Source: Chiloscyllium plagiosum (taxonomy: Eukaryota). From it: a stretch of 64,000 bases of DNA. The position numbers were made by a program, and so were the translations under genes. Position 1 is the stretch's first letter; the number at the start of each line of letters is the position of its first letter. This document shows positions 34,839 through 47,741 of the stretch, piece after piece. The DNA lies in the NCBI RefSeq assembly GCF_004010195.1, contig NC_057720.1, positions 33,956,782 to 34,020,781 on the forward strand, written 5' to 3'. Under the pieces are notes generated by a model. The model had not been told where the DNA came from, made no database searches, and saw only the letters and a list, made by a program, of their open reading frames with translations.

Positions 34839-35294
34839 AAAAAAAGATATCAACTGGGATTTTCTTCTGCCAAGAAGTGGAAGTGAAGAACAAATGATTG
34901 AACGGTTGGCCACAGGAAGTTACTCAGATGCTTCCTACCACCTCAAAAGTAAGTGCTGGGCATGAAGGCCCGTGGTCAACCTTCCCACTCATCACTAATT
35001 GACCAATTAGAGTCTCTTCATATCACTGTCCTGATTAACGTGCTCCTGGGAGATGGGGAAAATGGCATCCCTCCCAACTAATTAAGTGCAGCAGCCTAAG
35101 TGCAACTGGGGTGGTTGCTGTCAAATCTATCTTGAGAGTGTTTATTTCTTTGTGAGTTTCCCAGAACTTGGGTAATGTTTACCCCCATTCTGACTTATTT
35201 CCTGGAGAGGAACAGAAAGAGGGATGGAAAAGAACTTAGGTATGAGGCCAGCAAGACAGCACAATAGAATATCTACTTCATCTTAGAGATGCTA

Positions 35295-35862
35295 GGCGAA
35301 AGTGAGGACTTCAGATGCTGGAGATCAGAGTCGAAGAACGTGGTGCTGGAAAAGCACAGCTAGTCAGGCAGCATCCGAGGAGCACAAGAGTCGACATCTT
35401 GGTCATAAGCCCTTCATCAGGCATGAGACTTGTGGACCAAGAGGGCTGAGAGGTAAATGTGAGGGGATTGGGGCTGTGGGGGAAAGGTAGCCGGGAATGC
35501 AATGCAGTAGGTGTCAATGAACCACATGGGATCAATGTGGATTTCACCAGTTTCCCCATTTCCCCTCCCCCCACCTTATCCAATCCCAACCTTCCAGCTT
35601 GGCACTGCCCTCTTGAACAGTCCTACCTGTCCATCTTCCTTCCCACCTATCTGCTCCATCCCTCTCTCCGACCAATCACTTTCACCCCCATCCACCTATC
35701 GCATTCCCAGCTAACTTCTCCCCAACTCCACCCACCTCCCATTTATCTCTCAGTCCTCCTGGCCCACAAGCCTCATTCCTGATGAAGGGCTTATGCCCAA
35801 AATGCAGACTCTCCTCCTTGAATGCTGCCTGACCTGCTGTGCTTTGCCAGTACCACACATAT
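35295..35862. mobile_element. PLE family B remnant: inverted pLTR joined to a 3' end
   Basis: 35295-35513 is inverted relative to 35514-35858, and both parts match 51975-52360. Possible TSD agatgcta at 35287-35294 and 35863-35870. Hammerhead motifs are mutated. Confidence 0.82.
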
Positions 35863-37310
35863 AGATGCTACAGCCAACTGATAGATAGACCAAGGTTTCC
35901 CTTGAATATTTTCCTCCTGGTTAAATGTAAAGACATTAAGCTCCATGTCAGAGGTCTTCTAGGTTCTTTGCTACCTCCATAGGAAGATCTGCAAAGTTCC
36001 TCAATAAACAAAACAACATAAACTATGGATCAAAACAATTATGACTGTGCCTCATTGTATAGCTACAGATGAATTCAAGGAGGAACTTGCCACATCAATC
36101 AAGTAAGCCCATTCTTGCATAAGAAGAATTATGAATTCCAAGTTTGCCAGTGCAAAATGGTTAATCGCATTTTGCCGAGGAGCAATATCATTGAGTGCAA
36201 AGACTATTCATTTCCATTATATTGATGGGTTTCTAGGAGACAAAGATTGATTTTACATTGCAATGCAAGCATCTGCTGTCAACCCATGCCTTTATGTCAA
36301 ATGAAGAGTTTCACTTTCTTTAATATTTAATTAATGTGCAATGTCCAGCACAAGCTTCACTGCCTAGAATATGGGAGCTGCCTTGATTCATTTGTCCCTC
36401 AGCAGTAAGTGTCTCTGCACTCTTTCAGAATATAGATATTATGAATTGCTAATATCCCCTCCTCACCAGGAGAGAGTATTTGAGTATCCTGCAAAGTTTT
36501 GTTAATTGCTGCCTTGAAGTGTTTGCATCTTGTAGCTATTTCTCTTTTTATTCTCACAGTCCTGTGTTCAAAAGCCTGAAGTGTGTAAGTCAAAGCCCTT
36601 GTACACTGGTGGTACTGACTGTGACAGCAAAATCTGTATGGAGGACAAATATTTAGTATGCTGAAGGTCATTCTTCGTGCCTTCTCTACACTTCTTATAC
36701 TGGTGCAGCACTATAATGCAGACAGAATATATTGACTGACCACCCTGTTCTGGATGGCATGAAAATTTACTAGATGCTTATCTCCTGCCTCTAATACAGA
36801 AAGTGTAGAGTTTGAATCCTACTCATTACAATCCCAGTAAGTGGAGACCAAACTTTAACTATGAATAAGGGAGGTTATGGGATATTTGTACTTCATTCCT
36901 CGTAATATGGGGCTGTGGAAACCTGGAACATCCTCCCACTATAGCCATGGAAAGAACATTCACCTTCTGACCTGACAGACCATCAACCAGCCAGCAAGTC
37001 TTCCACCTCCCTCTAAGGAAAGAGGATAAAGATATATGAACAACAACATCCCTGCTTTTGCTGAACTGTCTAATGATCCTGTAGATTCAGTTTTTATATT
37101 ATATTGCTGTGGCATCATAGTTTGTGGATTGGGATATCAGCATGTGTTCACTCTGGTGATAATGGTTAGGAGCACTATTTCTAACTGAGTAGAGTTGCCC
37201 AGTGCACAGTGCTATTGACTGAAATCTAGTGATTAAAGGTAACTTTGAACAATGAAGAAGAAAATTGTTTCCGATATCTTGTTGCCAACTTTGCCACCAA
37301 TCCAATTAGA

Positions 37311-37636
37311 GTCTGCTGAGACAATTGGTCGGCCGGGGCAGTCAGGTTTGTCTGAGACAATGGGTCAGACTCAGACTCAGCACCGCCTTCTTGACCTGCA
37401 ATCTTCTTCCCGACCTCTCCGCCTCCACCCCCTTTCCAGCCTATCACCCTCATCTTAACCTCTTTCCACCTATCGTATTCCCAATGCCCCTCCCCCAAAT
37501 CCCTCCTCCCTACCTTTTATCTTAGCCTGCTTGGCACACCCTCCTCATTCCTGAAGAAGGGCTTACGCCCGAAATGTCGATTCTCCTGTTCCTTTGATGC
37601 TGCCTGACCTGCTGTGCTTTTCCAGCAACACATTTT
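37311..37636 (+). mobile_element. PLE family B 3' end, preceded by scrambled inverted internal fragments
   Basis: 37375-37636 matches the reverse complement of ~52015-52280. 37316-37366 holds two partial copies of 53818-53850 in the opposite orientation. Confidence 0.82.
37548..37580 (+). ncRNA. Minimal hammerhead motif (family B) on the B4GALT2 sense strand
   Basis: TTC-CTGAAGA-A-GGGC-ttac-GCCC-GAAA-TG-TC-GA. Core intact; stem III reads ATGT rather than ACGT. Confidence 0.68.
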
Positions 37637-38039
37637 TAAGAACTACAAGTTACCCTTTTATTTAAATCAGGACTGTGAAGTGGAACCTATGCAGTCTTTT
37701 TACTATGTCTCCTTCCAATCTGGATGATTGACGATATGAAATGCTAAATCAAACTAAAGACTGGTGCTCAAACATATATGGTGATTTACACAAAGAAGGA
37801 GATAAGAATGCTAATTTACATTAAATGTAACAAGGGTAATGCTATACAGTCCAACATTCTACCATTTCAGGCAAAATGCTAAATGTTTCTTGAGTGCACA
37901 ATATGTGAAGCCAAGAGCTGGATAACTGAGGAGATCATAAGGATTAATATCTCTTTAAAGTCTAATTTTTGTTTACATTTATCAAGTAACCAAAAATCGC
38001 AGTTTAAAACAGTTAAGTTACTGTTTAAGACAAATTAAC

Positions 38040-38880
38040 TTTCAGCGAGGATGACAGGAGGATATAGGCAGGTTGGTCAGATGAGCAGAGCAGTGGCAGA
38101 TGGAGTTGAATCGTGAGAAGTGTGAAGTGATGCAGTCTGAGAGAACTAACAAGGCAAGGGAGTACACATTGATTGGTAAGACCCTGGGTAATACTGAGGA
38201 TCATCCCCATCTTTTTGTGTACGTACACAGGTTCTTGAAGGCAACAGAACAGGTGGACAGGGTGGTTAAAAAGGAGAAAGTGAGGACTGCAGATGCTGGA
38301 GAGTCAGAGTCGAAAAGCGTGGTGCTGGAAAAGCACAGCATGTCAGGCAACATCCGAGGAGCAGGAGAGTCTATGTTTCAAGTATAAGCCCTTCATCAGG
38401 GTGGTTAAGAAGGCGGATCAGATACTTGCCTATTTTAGTCAAGACATAGAATACAAAAGTTGGAAAATTTTGATGGGACTGCACAGGATATTGGAACACT
38501 GTGTAAAGTTAGATGGAATAGAGTACTTCAACTATGATGAGACACTGTGTAGAATAGGGTTGTTTTCCTTGGAGTAAAGAAGGCAGAGGGGGAATCTGAT
38601 TGAGACCTACAAAGTTATGACGGGCATAAATGGATTTATAGTTGTAAACTTTTTTTCTTAGTGGTAAGATCATTAACCAGGGGACGCAGAGTTAAGGTAT
38701 GGGGCAAGAGATTTAAGCAAAAATGATTTCACCCAGAGGGTGGAGGCAAACTGGAAGTTACTTTGTGAAAGGGTGGTAAAGGCAGGAATCATCACAACAT
38801 TTCAGAAATATTTAAATAATCGCTTGAGACATCATTACATACAAGGCTTTGGGCAAAATGCTGAAAGGTGGGATATGAAC
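38040..38880 (+). mobile_element. CR1-clade LINE 3' fragment with a nested PLE fragment
   Basis: WQMELNREKCEVM..., EQVDRVVKK, DIEYKS... peptides. Confidence 0.75.
38272..38400 (-). mobile_element. PLE family B pLTR fragment nested in CR1
   Basis: Flanked by duplicated cagggtggttaa(a/g)aagg starting at 38258 and 38397. Confidence 0.8.
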
Positions 38881-38901
38881 ACGGTCACAATGGGCCAAAA
38901 G

Positions 38902-38951
38902 ATGTCTGTCTGTCTGTCTGTCTCTCTCTATGTGTCTCACCCTCTCTCTCT
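38902..38951. repeat. (TGTC)n/(TC)n microsatellite
   Basis: Directly visible. Confidence 0.85.
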
Positions 38952-39288
38952 GTTATAAAACTATGTGCTGTATCTTGCAATTTTTGGCAAAGTACAAGTC
39001 CCATTGAGTTTAGTGAAGTGATTCGTCGTGCGGAGAAGTAATTTTTCTTGCCATCTCTTACCAAATTCACCACATCAACTGGCATTTCAGTCCTCATGGC
39101 AAGTATCAAGTCCAATTTATACTCCATCTCACTATGCACCATTCCCGGAGCAACTCACCACTCACTGGAGCTCCCGGAATTAAACCGAATCACTTGCACC
39201 TGTGCCTTATCGAAAAGGCCATTGTACAACCGGAGAAGTGCTGTTAGTCCAGAGCTACCCTGCATGGCTTATAACATTTGCCCCACTC

Positions 39289-39515
39289 ATGGCAAAAAGG
39301 GGGAAGATAGCACTTGCTTTATGGGCAGGGTGCTGGAGTTCCAGTTGGACAGGGTGGTGTACAGGATAGTGCAGACAAAGTTCTTGTTCCACCAGGACCA
39401 AAAGAAAATGCCACAATCCCAGACCGTGCCAGCCTGGTTTGAGATTGCCACCCAGGTTGAAGTAGTCTCAGCCACCTAGAGGAATGCCAGCACTGTAGGA
39501 AGAAGGTAATTGGCA
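39289..39515 (+). pseudogene. Decayed Myb/SANT-like gene fragment (PIF/Harbinger second-ORF type)
   Basis: With two single-base frameshifts it reads MAKRGKIA/CFMGRVLEFQLDRVVYR...LFHQDQKK...TVPAWFEIATQVEVVSAT*RNA/(Q)HCRKKV, the F-L-L...AW.EIA..V..VS...R...CRKK pattern of Myb/SANT-like domains. Confidence 0.6.
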
Positions 39516-39659
39516 TAAGTGCCACCATCTTCCCTCTGCCACCTCACACTCATAGGGCCAACAGTTACTCTAACTCGAGCATGCACGTACATCTCACCAT
39601 GGCTTGTGGACTACAGTTTTCAGCATTGCATGCTGCATAACTAAACAGTTTTAAGTACA

Positions 39660-42600
39660 GCCTTGCTGTAAATCTACAATAGAGTAGAGTGGGTTCTTTC
39701 TTGATTATATGTTTTTATTAGGATCTGTCTCTTGATTAAATTTTAAAAAGAAAAGACATAAGTATTAAGTTAGCCTGGAGCAGTGTTTTGGAGAGCAATA
39801 ACGTGGAACTATTTTCTGGGCCTGTAGATTGGAACTATTTTCTGGGCCTATAGATTGGAAGGAGCAAAATGGCCTTTAGTAGAGTGATATGTTCTCTTCT
39901 AGGATGTGGGAGTTTCAGGAGAATTTAAGGGTTACTGAGGATTATATCTGCAGTAAATGTCATTGGTTGCAAATCCTATCAGATCGAATGGATCAGTTGG
40001 AGCGACAGTTAGAGGCAATGCGGAATTTACAAGAGCTAGGGGGTGTGATGGATGGCCGTGGATCCAGTCAGGTAGATGGGTTAACTCCAAGAAAGGTAGG
40101 AAAGGTAGGCGGGTAGTACAGGAGTCTCCTGTGGCTGTCCCCATTTCAAACAAATATGCTGTTGTGGGGAATGTAGGGGGGTGATGGACTTTCAGGGCAA
40201 TGTAGCACGAACAGCCAAGTTTCTGGTCTCAAGACTGGCTCTAATGTAATGAGGGATATGTTGGGTTACAAGCGATCGATTGTGTTAGGGGATGCTCTAT
40301 TCAGGGGCACAGACAAATGTTTCTGCGGCCAGCTGTGAAAAATTAGAATGGTGTATTGCCTTCCTGGGGCCAGGATCAAGGATATCTCAGAGAGGGTGCA
40401 GAATGTTCTCAAGGGGGAGAGGGACCAGCAGGAGGTCATTGTACACATTGGAACCAACAACATAGGAAGGGAAAAGTTTGAGATTCTGAAGGGTGATTAC
40501 AGAAAGTTAGGCAGAAATTTAAAAAGAAGGTCCTCGAGGGTAGTGATATCTGGATTACTACCAGGTACTACAAGCTAGTGAGGGTAGGAATAGGAGGATA
40601 GAGCAGAAGAATGTGTGGCTATGGAGCTGGTGTCTGGGATAAGGATTCACATTTTTGGATCATTAGAATCTGTTCTGGAGTAGAAGTACCCTGTACAAGA
40701 AGGATGGATTGCACCTGAATTGGAAGGGGATTAACATACTGGCAGGGAGATTTGCTAGAGCTGCTCAGGCGGATTTAAACTATTAAGGGTGTGGGGGGAT
40801 CCAGGGAGATAGTGAGGAAAAGGTCAATCTGAGACCTGTACAGTTGAGAAAAGAAGTGACTCAAACAGTCAGGGCAGACAGGGACAAAGCAGAAAACAAG
40901 GTAGGACTGATAAATTAAACTGTGTTTATTTCAATGCAAGAGACCTAACAGGGAAGGCAGATGAGCTCAGGGCATGGTTAGGAACATGGGACTGGGATAT
41001 CATAGCAATTACAGAAACGTGGCTCAGGGATGGGCAGGACTGGCAGCTTAATGTTCCAGGATACAAATGCTATAGGAAGGATAGGGAGGCAAGAGAGGAG
41101 GGGGAGTGGTGTTTTTGATAAGGGATAGCACTACAGATGTGCTGAGGGAGGATATTCCCGGAAATACATCCAGGAAAGTTATTTGGGTGGAACTGAGAAA
41201 TAAGGAAGGGATGATCATGTTATTGGGATTGTATTGTAGACTCCCTAATAGTCAGAGAGAAATTGAGAAGCAAATTTGGTCAGGAGATCTCAGTTATCTG
41301 TAAGAATAATAGGTTGGTTATGGGAGGGGATTTTAACTTTCCAAACATAATCTGGGACTGCCATAGCGTTAAGAGTTTATATGAGAGTGTACAAGAGCAT
41401 TTTCTGAGTCAGTATGTGGACATACCTACTAGAGAAGGTGCAAAACTTGACTTATTCTTGGCAAATAAGGCAGAGCGGGTGACTGAGGTGTCAGTGGGGG
41501 AGCACTTTGGGCCAACAACCATTGTTCTATTAGTTTTAAAATAGTGATGGAAAAGGATAGACCAGATCTAAAAGTTGAAGTTCTAAATTGGAGGAAGGCT
41601 AATTTTGACAGTATTAGACAAGAACTTTCAAAAGCTGATTGGGTGCAGATATTCACAGGTAAAGGGACGGTTGGAAAAGGGAAGTCTTCATAAATGAGAT
41701 AACAAGAGTGCAGAGATAGTATATTCCTGTTAGGGTGAAAGGAAAGGCTGGTAGGCATAGGGAGTGCTGGATGACTAAAGAAATTGAGGGTTTGGTTAAG
41801 AAAAGAAGGAAGTATGTGTCAGGTAAAGACAGAGAGATTGAGTAAATCCTTAGAGTATAAAGGCAGTAGGAATATATTAAGAGGGAAACCAGGAGGACAA
41901 AAAGGGTACATGAGATAGCTTTGGCAAAGAGAATTAAGGAGAATCCAAAGGGTTTTTACAAATACATTAAGGACAAAAGGGTAATGGGACAGAATAGAGC
42001 CCCTCAAAAATCAGCAAGGCGGCCTTTGTGTGGAGCTGCAGGAGATGGGGGAGATACTAAACAAGTATTTTGCATCAGTATTTACTGTGGAAAAGGACAT
42101 GGAAGATATAGACTGTAGGGAGATAGATGGTGACATCTTGAAAAATGTCCATATTACAGAGGAGGAAGTGCTGGATGTCTTGAAATGCATGAAAGTGGAT
42201 AAATTGCCAGGGCATGATTAAGTGTACCCTAGAACTCTGTGGGAAGATAGGGAAGTGATTGCTGGGCCCCCTGCTGAGATACTTGTTTCATCAATAGTCA
42301 CAGGTGAGGTATCAGAAGACTGAAGGCTGGCTAATGTGGTGCCATTATTTAAGAAGGGTGGTAAGGACAAGCCAGGGAACGATTGACCGGTGAGCCTGAT
42401 GTCGGTGGTGGGGAAGTTGTTGGAGGGAATCCTGAGGGACAGGATGTACATGTATTTGGAAAGGCAAGGACAGATTAGCGCTTGTCAGCATGGCTTTGTA
42501 CTTGGAAAATCATGTCTCACAAACTTGATTGAGTTTTTTGAAAAAGTAACAAAGAGGATTGATGAGGGCAGAGTGGTGGGTGTGGTTTATATAGACTTCA

Positions 42601-43724
42601 GCAAGGCGTTCGACAAGGTTCCCCATGGGAGACTGGTTAGCAAGGTTAGATCTCATGGAATACAGAGAGAACTAGCCATTTGGATACAGAACTGGCTCAA
42701 AGGTAGAAGACAGAGGGTGGTGGTGGAGGGTTGCTTTTCAAACTGGAGGCCTGTGACCAGCGGAGTGCCACAACGATTGGTATTGTGTCCACTACTTTTC
42801 ATCATTTATATAAATGATTTGGTTTTAACATAAGAGGTACAGTTAGTAAGTTGCATATGACACCAAAATTGGAGTTGTAGTGGACAGCGAAGAAGGTTAT
42901 TTCAGATTACAACAGGATCTGGACCAGGTGGGCAAATGGGCTGAGGAGTGGCAAATGGAGTTTAATTCAGATAAATACGAGGTGCTGAATTTTGGGAAAG
43001 CAAATCTTAGCAGGACTTAATCACTTAATGGTAAGGTCCTGGGGAGTGTTGCTGAACAAAGAGACCTTGGAGTGCAGGTTCACAGCGCCTTGAAAGTAGA
43101 GTCACGGGTCGATAGGATAGTGAAGAAGGCGTTTGGTATGCTTTCCTTTATTGGTCAGAGTATTGAGTACAGGAGTTGGGAGGACATGTTGCGGCTGTAC
43201 AGGACATTGGTTAGGCCACTGTTGGAATATTGCGTTCAATTCTGGTCTCCTTCCTATCGGAAAGATGTTGTGAAACTTGAAAGGGTTCAGAAAAAATTTA
43301 CAAGGATGTTGCCAGGGTTGGAGGATTTGTGCTATAGGGAGAGGCTGAACAGGCTGGGGCTGTACAAAATTATGAGGGCCATGGACAGGATAAACAGACA
43401 AAATCATTTCCCTGGGGTCGGGGAGTCCAGAACTAGAGGGCATAGGTTTAGGGTGAGAGGGGAAAGATATAAAAGAGACCTATGAGGCAACTTTTTCATG
43501 CAGAGTGTGGTGCGTGTATGGAATGAGTTGCCAGATGAAGTGGTGGAGGATGGTACAATTGAAACATCTAAAAGGCATCTGGATGGGTATATGAATAGGA
43601 AAGGTTTGGAGGCATATGGGCCGGGTGCTGGTAGGAGGGACTAGATTGCGTTGGGATATCTGACCGGCATGGACGGGTTGGACCGAAGGGTCTGTTTCCA
43701 TGCTGTACATCTCTATGACTCTAT
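39660..43724 (+). mobile_element. Near-full-length CR1-clade LINE: ORF1 (Zn finger/coiled coil + SGNH esterase), ORF2 (APE endonuclease + RT); decayed
   Basis: ORF1 ~39869-40785: YICSKC, LSDRMDQLERQLEAMRNLQE, VLGDA, CLPGARIKD, VIVHIGTNNIG, DGLHLN. ORF2 from ~40912: LNCVYFNAR, IAITETW, GDFNFPNI, QHGFVLGKSCLTNL, YIDFSKAFDKVPH, SGVPQ, LVRPLLEYCVQFWSP. Tail ctctatgactctatga. The 5' boundary is approximate. Confidence 0.95.
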
Positions 43725-44085
43725 GAGGGGCATGGATTGGGTAAATAGACAAGGTCTTTTCCCTGGGGTGAGGGAAGTCCAGAACGAGAGGGCATAGGCT
43801 TACGGTGAAAGGGGAAAGATATAAAAGAAACCTAAGGGGCAACCTTTTCTCGCAGAGGGTTGTGCATGTGTGGAATGTGCTGCCAGAGGATGTGGTAAAG
43901 GCTGGTACAATTACAACATTTAAAATATATCTGGATGGGTTTGTAAGTATGAAGGATTTAGAGGGATATGGGCCAAGTGCTGGCAAATGGGACTAGATTA
44001 GATTAGGATATCTGGTCAGTCTGGACGAGTTGGATTGAAGGGTCTGTTTCTGTGCTTTCCATCTCTATGACTCAATGACTCTATG
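43725..44085 (+). mobile_element. Second, diverged CR1 3' end in tandem
   Basis: Repeats the region 43372-43724 and has its own ctctatgactcaatgactctatg tail. Confidence 0.88.
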
Positions 44086-44689
44086 TCCATTTAATCTACT
44101 ACCGTTCATGTCTTCTGTGTATCTGGGAAAAATTGGCCCGTTGTCTCTACAGCATCAAGATTGCCATACCTGTAACCTCCAGTTCGTTTACACTTAATCT
44201 GCAAGATTGTCTGTGGCCCAATTCCTGGGCAACCAACGACATGAGTCTCCAAAGTCTGATAGTACCAAGTATTCGACTGTCTGTGGCCAAGCCTCTGGAC
44301 TAGAATAGGACAAGCTCTTTGACTGTGGTAGTAACACCTGGCTGACTGTAGTCCTCCTTCACCAACTAGGAACTACTTCCTTTGAATTTCACACATGGCC
44401 AAGTAGTGTGTTTGTTACGTAGGCAGTGAGTACTTGCTGTAGCTCTGACATTGATATAATGTGGTGTTGCACAGTGAAATGTTCAGCCCCAACTGATAGC
44501 CTAACTATTCAGTACTCCCCACTGTCACAAGTTGCCTGCCTCCACCCTCTGTACTAAAAAGCAATGCAACCCCTCGATGCCAGCAGCCTGTAACTGAGCA
44601 CTAACGACCTTGTGCGCTAAAAAAAGCTATGTGACCCACACAGAGGCGGGAAGCCTGTAAGTTAGTGCTGCAGTCAATAAATGTGCAGT

Positions 44690-45690
44690 ACAAAGACAGG
44701 ATTAGCCATTTAGCCTCCTACGCCTGCCTCGCCATTTAGTAAGATCGTGTCCCATCTGATAAGTTAACCCTTCATCTCGGGAATCAGCTTAGTGAATCTT
44801 TTTTGAACTGTCTCCAAGGTCAGTGTATCCTTTTTTAAATGCAGAGACTTTAAACCTGTACGCAGCATTGCAGGTTCAGCCTCACCAATATCTTATTTAA
44901 TCATATCAAGACTTCCATATTTTTAAATTCCAACCCCTGAACAATAAAGGCTAAAATTTCACTTGCCTCCTTGATTACTTGTGTCTGGATACTAACATTT
45001 TCGTGTTTCATGCACAAGAACACCCAAATACCTGAACAGTACAATTTTATTGAAGTCTGTCTCCATTTAAATTATAGTTTGGCTTCTGATTCTTCCACGC
45101 AAGGAGCATAACCTCAAACTTTTCTGCATTGAACTTCACTTGCCAAGTTTTTGCCCACTCACCAAGCCTATTTATATCCCTTTGCACATTCCTTATGACC
45201 TCATCACAACATACCCTCCTCCCTATTTGGAAACATGACAATCTCTCTTCTCCGTTTAATCATGAAAATAAATCATAAATAGTTGATCTTTGACTGATCA
45301 CTGTGGCACTCCACTTGTTACTTGTTTCCAACATGAAAAAGACCCATGCACTAAACCTATTTATATCCCCTTGCCGATCCCTTATGTCCTTATCACAACA
45401 AACCCTCCCACCTATTCTTGTCTCGTCAGTAAATTTACATACGTTCCTCTCTTCCCCTCCATCAAATCATTAATATAGACACTAAATAATTATCTTTGAT
45501 ATTTGTGGCACTCCACTCGTTACAACTTTCTACACGAAAAAGACCTTTAATCCTGACCCTCTGTCCTCTGTGTGTTAACCAATCCTCAGTCAACGCTAAT
45601 ACATTAGCCCCAATACAGTGAGTTCTTATCTAGTGTAGTAACCTTTTATCTGGCACCTTATTGAATGCCTTCTGGAACTCTAAATACATT
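44690..45690 (-). mobile_element. CR1-clade LINE fragments, old
   Basis: Minus-strand QRDINRLGEWAKTWQVKFNAEKFEVM; the SGVPQ-coding motif tgtggcactccact appears twice. Confidence 0.8.
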
Positions 45691-46269
45691 ACAACTCTAA
45701 ATACACTACATCTAATGTTTCCCCATTATCAACAAGAAAGAAATATGAGGTAGATAGTGACTGGCAGCTTCCAAGTAAGCACTAAGGTGAGTGATTTTAA
45801 GGAAGAAAATAGAGCTCCATAAAATGCGTGCAAACATATCTGAGTTGTTACATGAGATATGTGTCTCTCTCTGTGTGCAAAACAACCTCGCAGAAACGAG
45901 CAAGTTAGAGATACCCCTGAACTCCAAAGAAAAATGTATTTGGGTTGATGTTGTGCCTGAGTTATTCTTAGGGCAAGCATGATGTTCCGAGGCAGGTACT
46001 TTGATGTTGCTGACCTGCATGAATGAAGGGTTGAGAACAAGAGTGATCATGGAGCATTGTTGCAAAGAAGCATTTGGATGATGGTTTGGATAAGTATTTG
46101 GTAAGCTAAAGCTACCAGGTACCCACTTTGATTTATATGTTGGGAAATTGTACCTTCTTGGAAAAGGGGAGAAGAATTAGAAATGGCCTATAAAAGAAAG
46201 GTATTTTAAAGATTTAAAGCAATTCAAGTGCATGGAAATAAGATAGTGACTGGTCAATGGCTGAATTCT

Positions 46270-46910
46270 GAGGTCACTATTTACGCCTTGAGAGGAAAAT
46301 CAGAAAGCTATTTCTCAACATTAGGAATCAGATGTTTTCATTCGGATTGTATTTTCCCACCCTCGTCACCATTGTGTGCAGTTTTGATCTCCTTAGCAAA
46401 GGAAAATCATTTTTACTGCTGCAGGAGTGCAACTTAAGTTCACCAAACTATTACTGGAATGGATGGATTGTCCAATGAGGAAAGTTTAATAAGGCTGAGC
46501 CGATATTGTCTGGAGTATAGAAGAATGAGAGATGAGCTTATTGAAGCGTAGAAATTTCGAACAGGGACTGACAGAATAAATGCAGGATGGTTCTGTCCTC
46601 TGGCTGAGAAGGTCAAGAACCAGGGGACACAGTCACAACACAGTCTTAGAATAAGGGGCAGGCCATTGAGGGCTGGGATGATTATGATTCTCTTCATTCA
46701 GAGGGCTGTGAATGTTTGGGATTCTCTGCACCAGAGTATTGTGGAAGCTTAATCATTGGAGGAATGTGTTCATCATAAGCATATTAAAAAACATCAAGGG
46801 ATATAGGGGTGTAATACAAGGAAATGGTGTTGAGGCAGATCACTTCCGATATCTGTGAATGGGCCAATGGGCTCGAGGAACTGAATGGTATACTCCTGCT
46901 CCTACTTTTC
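46270..46910 (+). mobile_element. CR1-clade LINE 3' fragment, old
   Basis: ctggagtatagaagaatgagagatgagcttattgaa..., tail actcctgctcctac. Confidence 0.7.
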
Positions 46911-47575
46911 ATGCTGTTCTGTTCTAAATTCCAAATTTCTTTGTTTAATATTTAAACCACCTGCTTAAAATGTTCCAATCACTCTAGGGTATCGGCTACA
47001 CCATAGAAGTGCCGAGTTATAATTCCTTCAAAGAAAATATTTTTCTGATTTGGAAATTGCTTGTGTCATAGAAATTTGGAAACTTGTGGATGCTCCCTAC
47101 TGAGATATTTAATAAACCAGCTGATACATGGTCACATTAGTTCCAGGGAAGTATTAACATTGTTAGTTATCTTTTAGGAGATCAAATTGATGCACTGTGT
47201 CAGTTATGTATCACATTTCTCAAAGGAGCCACTGATTATGGAATGTATATATTTTCATTTTAACTGCACTGTCTCCCTCCAAACATTTGTATCAAGTAAT
47301 TTTTGATCATCTGGCTGAAAGAGATTCATTTTCCCTGGGCAGCCATTTTAATTTTTTAAGAACATTGTCAAAACATAGGTAATAAAAAGTTGAAAGCTAC
47401 ATGGGCAAGATATGTAAACATGACAAAATTATATTTTTGTCACGATCTTAATAGCGAACTAATCAAATTAGTCATTTGGAGTGAGATTTGCCTATTTTGA
47501 TGTGTAAATGCATCCTACTTTGAAATATTTTGTATTACTACCAAGTAACACATTGTTCAGCCTTTGAAATCTCTA

Positions 47576-47741
47576 GGAGAAAGTGAGGACTGCAGATGCT
47601 GGAGATCAGAGTGAAAGGTGAGGTGCTGGAAAAGCACAGTGGGTCGGGCAACATCCGAGGAGCAGGAGAGTCAATGTTTCAAGCATAAGCCCTTCATTAG
47701 GAACCATCAACTCTCTTGCTCCTCGGATGCTACCTGACTTG
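47576..47741. mobile_element. PLE family B mini-insertion with a short inverted arm, 12-bp TSD
   Basis: TSD ctttgaaatctc at 47562-47573 and 47742-47753. Confidence 0.82.
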
